A stretch of DNA of 64,000 nt from Heteronotia binoei (Eukaryota), in assembly GCF_032191835.1 (NCBI RefSeq), contig NC_083223.1, positions 167,772,001 to 167,836,000 of the forward strand, read 5' to 3'. Numbering within the stretch: the stretch's first letter is position 1; the number at the start of each line of letters is the position of its first letter. This document shows positions 61,662-64,000 of this stretch, in pieces. The notes under the pieces were generated by a model that saw only the letters and a program-made list of their open reading frames with translations, made no database searches and was not told the origin of the DNA. Both the position numbers and the translations under genes were made by a program.

Positions 61662-62022
61662 ATGGATGACAGGGAATCTCCTACAAAAAACCTGCAGGTA
61701 AATGTGCAAGACCTGATTCATGCCGACACTCATGTGGAAAAGATAAACACGTGCTTGGCTTCTTCACCAGATGAAAATGAGAACCCGCTTAATGGCAGCA
61801 GGCACGAGGCCCTGAAAAGCAGAAACAAAGTGATGGGAATAATTGAGCAAGACAGCATTAATAATAATGAAGGGGAGGACAGTGGTATCTGTGCATCCAA
61901 ATGTCAAGAATCCTTAAGTGATAAACTGCTTAGGAGTTCCAGTACAGATGACATCCTCATTCCTGAAACTTGCATCCTTGAAAACAGGAGTTCAAGAAAA
62001 ACAAAAAACTGCATCAAGAAAG
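61662..62022 (+). CDS. CNST: CNST (consortin) first coding exon; later exons are not seen in the window
   Basis: Acceptor ttttag|AG at 61611/61612 and donor AAAG|GTATAA at 62022/62023 (phase 1). MDDRESPTKNLQVNVQD...SSPDENENPLNG...EQDSINNNE resembles human MDDSDTPTYYLQIEPQD...SASDENENQLDG...EQDSLNNNE. An in-frame upstream ATG lies at 61644. Confidence 0.92.
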
Positions 62023-63327
62023 GTATAACTGCTTCCTAAACATAAAATTTGCCCGCTTGAAAGTACTATAGTTTTGTTTATATTCCCTGAATTGATCTTT
62101 CATATGTTTTCTGACTTGGGAACATCTGCTTAAGAGGTACCAAGCACAATATCTATATTCCTTGCTTTGGAAATCGTTTCAAGGTCCCTGTGTTCCAGCT
62201 ACAGAACTCAAAATTAAATGATGCTTATATTGACCATGAAAACATTAACATTGCTCTTATCTTTCTTTTCCTACTGCTTAAAATGTGCATACTGCACTGC
62301 TATACTGATTGCTTCTAGCTGGATTGTGAAGCCAAATGGAATTGTGATATTAAGTGTCAGGAACCATTTCCAACTAGAAACTGAGAGGCAACATGAACAT
62401 GTTAATGGTCAGGAACGAGTGGCTCTGCACAGAGCCAATGTAAAAAGAAAGAATCAATTGGACTTAGAAAAGTGTAACTTCACTTGTAGATGAGGACAGG
62501 AATGATAGGCATTGTTGGATTTATGATTTATGTCCTGCTTCTCTCTTGTTCTTTTTCTGAAGATTTTGAGAGTATTGAGAAAGAAAACCAGCATGCTGCT
62601 TGGCAAATAGCAGGAGAATAGGAAAATAGGAGCATTAGCTGTCACCTCCATCGGAAGAAAGGAGCCAGCAGAAAGAAATGTATGACTAAGAGATCGGTAT
62701 CATATTCAGTGTACTGGTCATTGGAAGAAAAAGCACAGATTTGAGCACTTGCTCATTAAACAAAGATAACACCACAGTTAAAAATATAGTAACATAGCAT
62801 TTGTTACTTTAAAGGTAGATACCACAATCAAGTAAATTTGGGTTCGAATCTCTAAAAATCAACGTTTTCTTAATTGGGATTCTGTGTATTTGTTTGTTTA
62901 TATATACAATTTATATTTTCTCATCATCTGGTATGTTGTTATGTTCTGAGCGTGTTCTAGCTTGGGGCTTGTGCTGTCAGGAGGAACTCTCAGGATTTCA
63001 TTTGGTTATTTCAACTGTTTGTAGTCTCCTTTTGTCCCAAGAAAAATTGGCTAATTGAAAAAGTGTAAAACAATCAAACAAGAGCCATGACTAAAACAGA
63101 ACTGCTGTTATACATCAGCCCTCTAAGTCCTCTTAAACAACTTTGTCTTAAATCCATTTCTGAAGACCGTATGTACAGTAGCCTCCCTATCGCATTCTGA
63201 GAGGGTGTTCCAATCTCCATCTTACTTAGGTATTTATTTATTTTCATCAAACATCTATCCCGCCTTCTCCGCAAGCGGACTCAGGGCGGCTAACAACATT
63301 CATATTTACAAGTTAAAACTAATAAAA

Positions 63328-64000
63328 CATACTACTCGAGTATAAGCCGACCCGAATATAAGCCGAGGCTTCTAATTTTACCCCAAAAATCTGGGAAAAC
63401 TTATTGACTCGAGTATAAGCCGAGGGTGGGAAGCGCAGCAGTTACTGGTAAATTACAAAATTAAAATACTGGTAGATACCAATAAAACGACATTAATTGA
63501 GGCAGTAAACTATTGTTCTGCAAGTAGAAAAGAGGGTCAACCTAAACAATATGGTATCAACAATAACTAAAAAGTACAAAACCTTAGCTCAGGTAAGGGG
63601 TCTGAGCCGGCGGATGGGGTGAGAAGCCTCGGGGCCAGCGTGGGCGAGGCTGGGGGAGGCCTAGGCCCCAATCCGTGTGTCCGGGGAAGCCGCGGGAAAC
63701 CAGCAGCTGCTTTGTAGGCGGGCGGGCAGGCAGGACGGCTTCCTTTCTGCTCCTCTCGGGCTTCCCAGGGTCTACAAGACGGTGCATGGAAAGGAGTCCC
63801 CCGCCCACTTGCAAGGAAGGAAGCAGGAGGGAAAGAGGGAGGGAGGAAGGAAGGGAGCCCCCGGGAGGGAGGGAGGCAGAACTCTTGGGGCGCGGAAACA
63901 AGAAGCCGGGGAGCGGTTTCCCGGCGAGGCCGGCGTGCTGTGGCTGCTTCACCCGGAGGCCTTCGGGGAAAGGAGCTGCAGAGAGGGACAGACGGATTGC
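63328..64000. mobile_element. Tc1/mariner (Tc2-like) non-autonomous element, continues past the window edge
   Basis: Repeated terminal motif ACTCGAGTATAAGCCGA followed by a GC-rich interior. The right end is not visible. Confidence 0.6.

Noticed and set aside
63074-63274. Candidate CNST exon 3 or a separate small gene
   Set aside because: No match to the expected next consortin segment on the plus strand and no convincing splice sites.

Overview
This is vertebrate genomic DNA from a squamate reptile (Sauria SINEs are present; a gecko is plausible but this is inference), not a prokaryote. It carries the conserved SMYD3-TFB2M-CNST gene cluster. SMYD3 exon 1 is on the minus strand, with its intron 1 running off the left edge. 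TFB2M is complete on the minus strand: 8 coding exons, all GT-AG, 1215 nt, 404 aa from the ATG at 32000. A CpG-island bidirectional promoter is shared with CNST, whose putative non-coding exon 1 and first coding exon (61612-62022) lie on the plus strand. The rest is intron or intergenic DNA densely filled with transposable elements: Sauria SINEs, hAT, Harbinger and Tc2-like non-autonomous DNA elements with target-site duplications (TSDs), and CR1, L2, L1, RTE and Penelope fragments. The most notable object is a young Tf1/sushi-type Ty3/Gypsy retrotransposon in SMYD3 intron 1. It keeps one LTR, a self-priming-type PBS, an intact 492-aa gag, and a G_GGA_AAC slippery site followed by a predicted pseudoknot. 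It has lost its 3' end by deletion against the CR1 it inserted into. As written it would encode Gag plus a Gag-protease fusion, which is the PEG10-like architecture. Whether this is domestication or simply a recently dead copy cannot be decided from this window. No wholly new biological system can be demonstrated from sequence alone.
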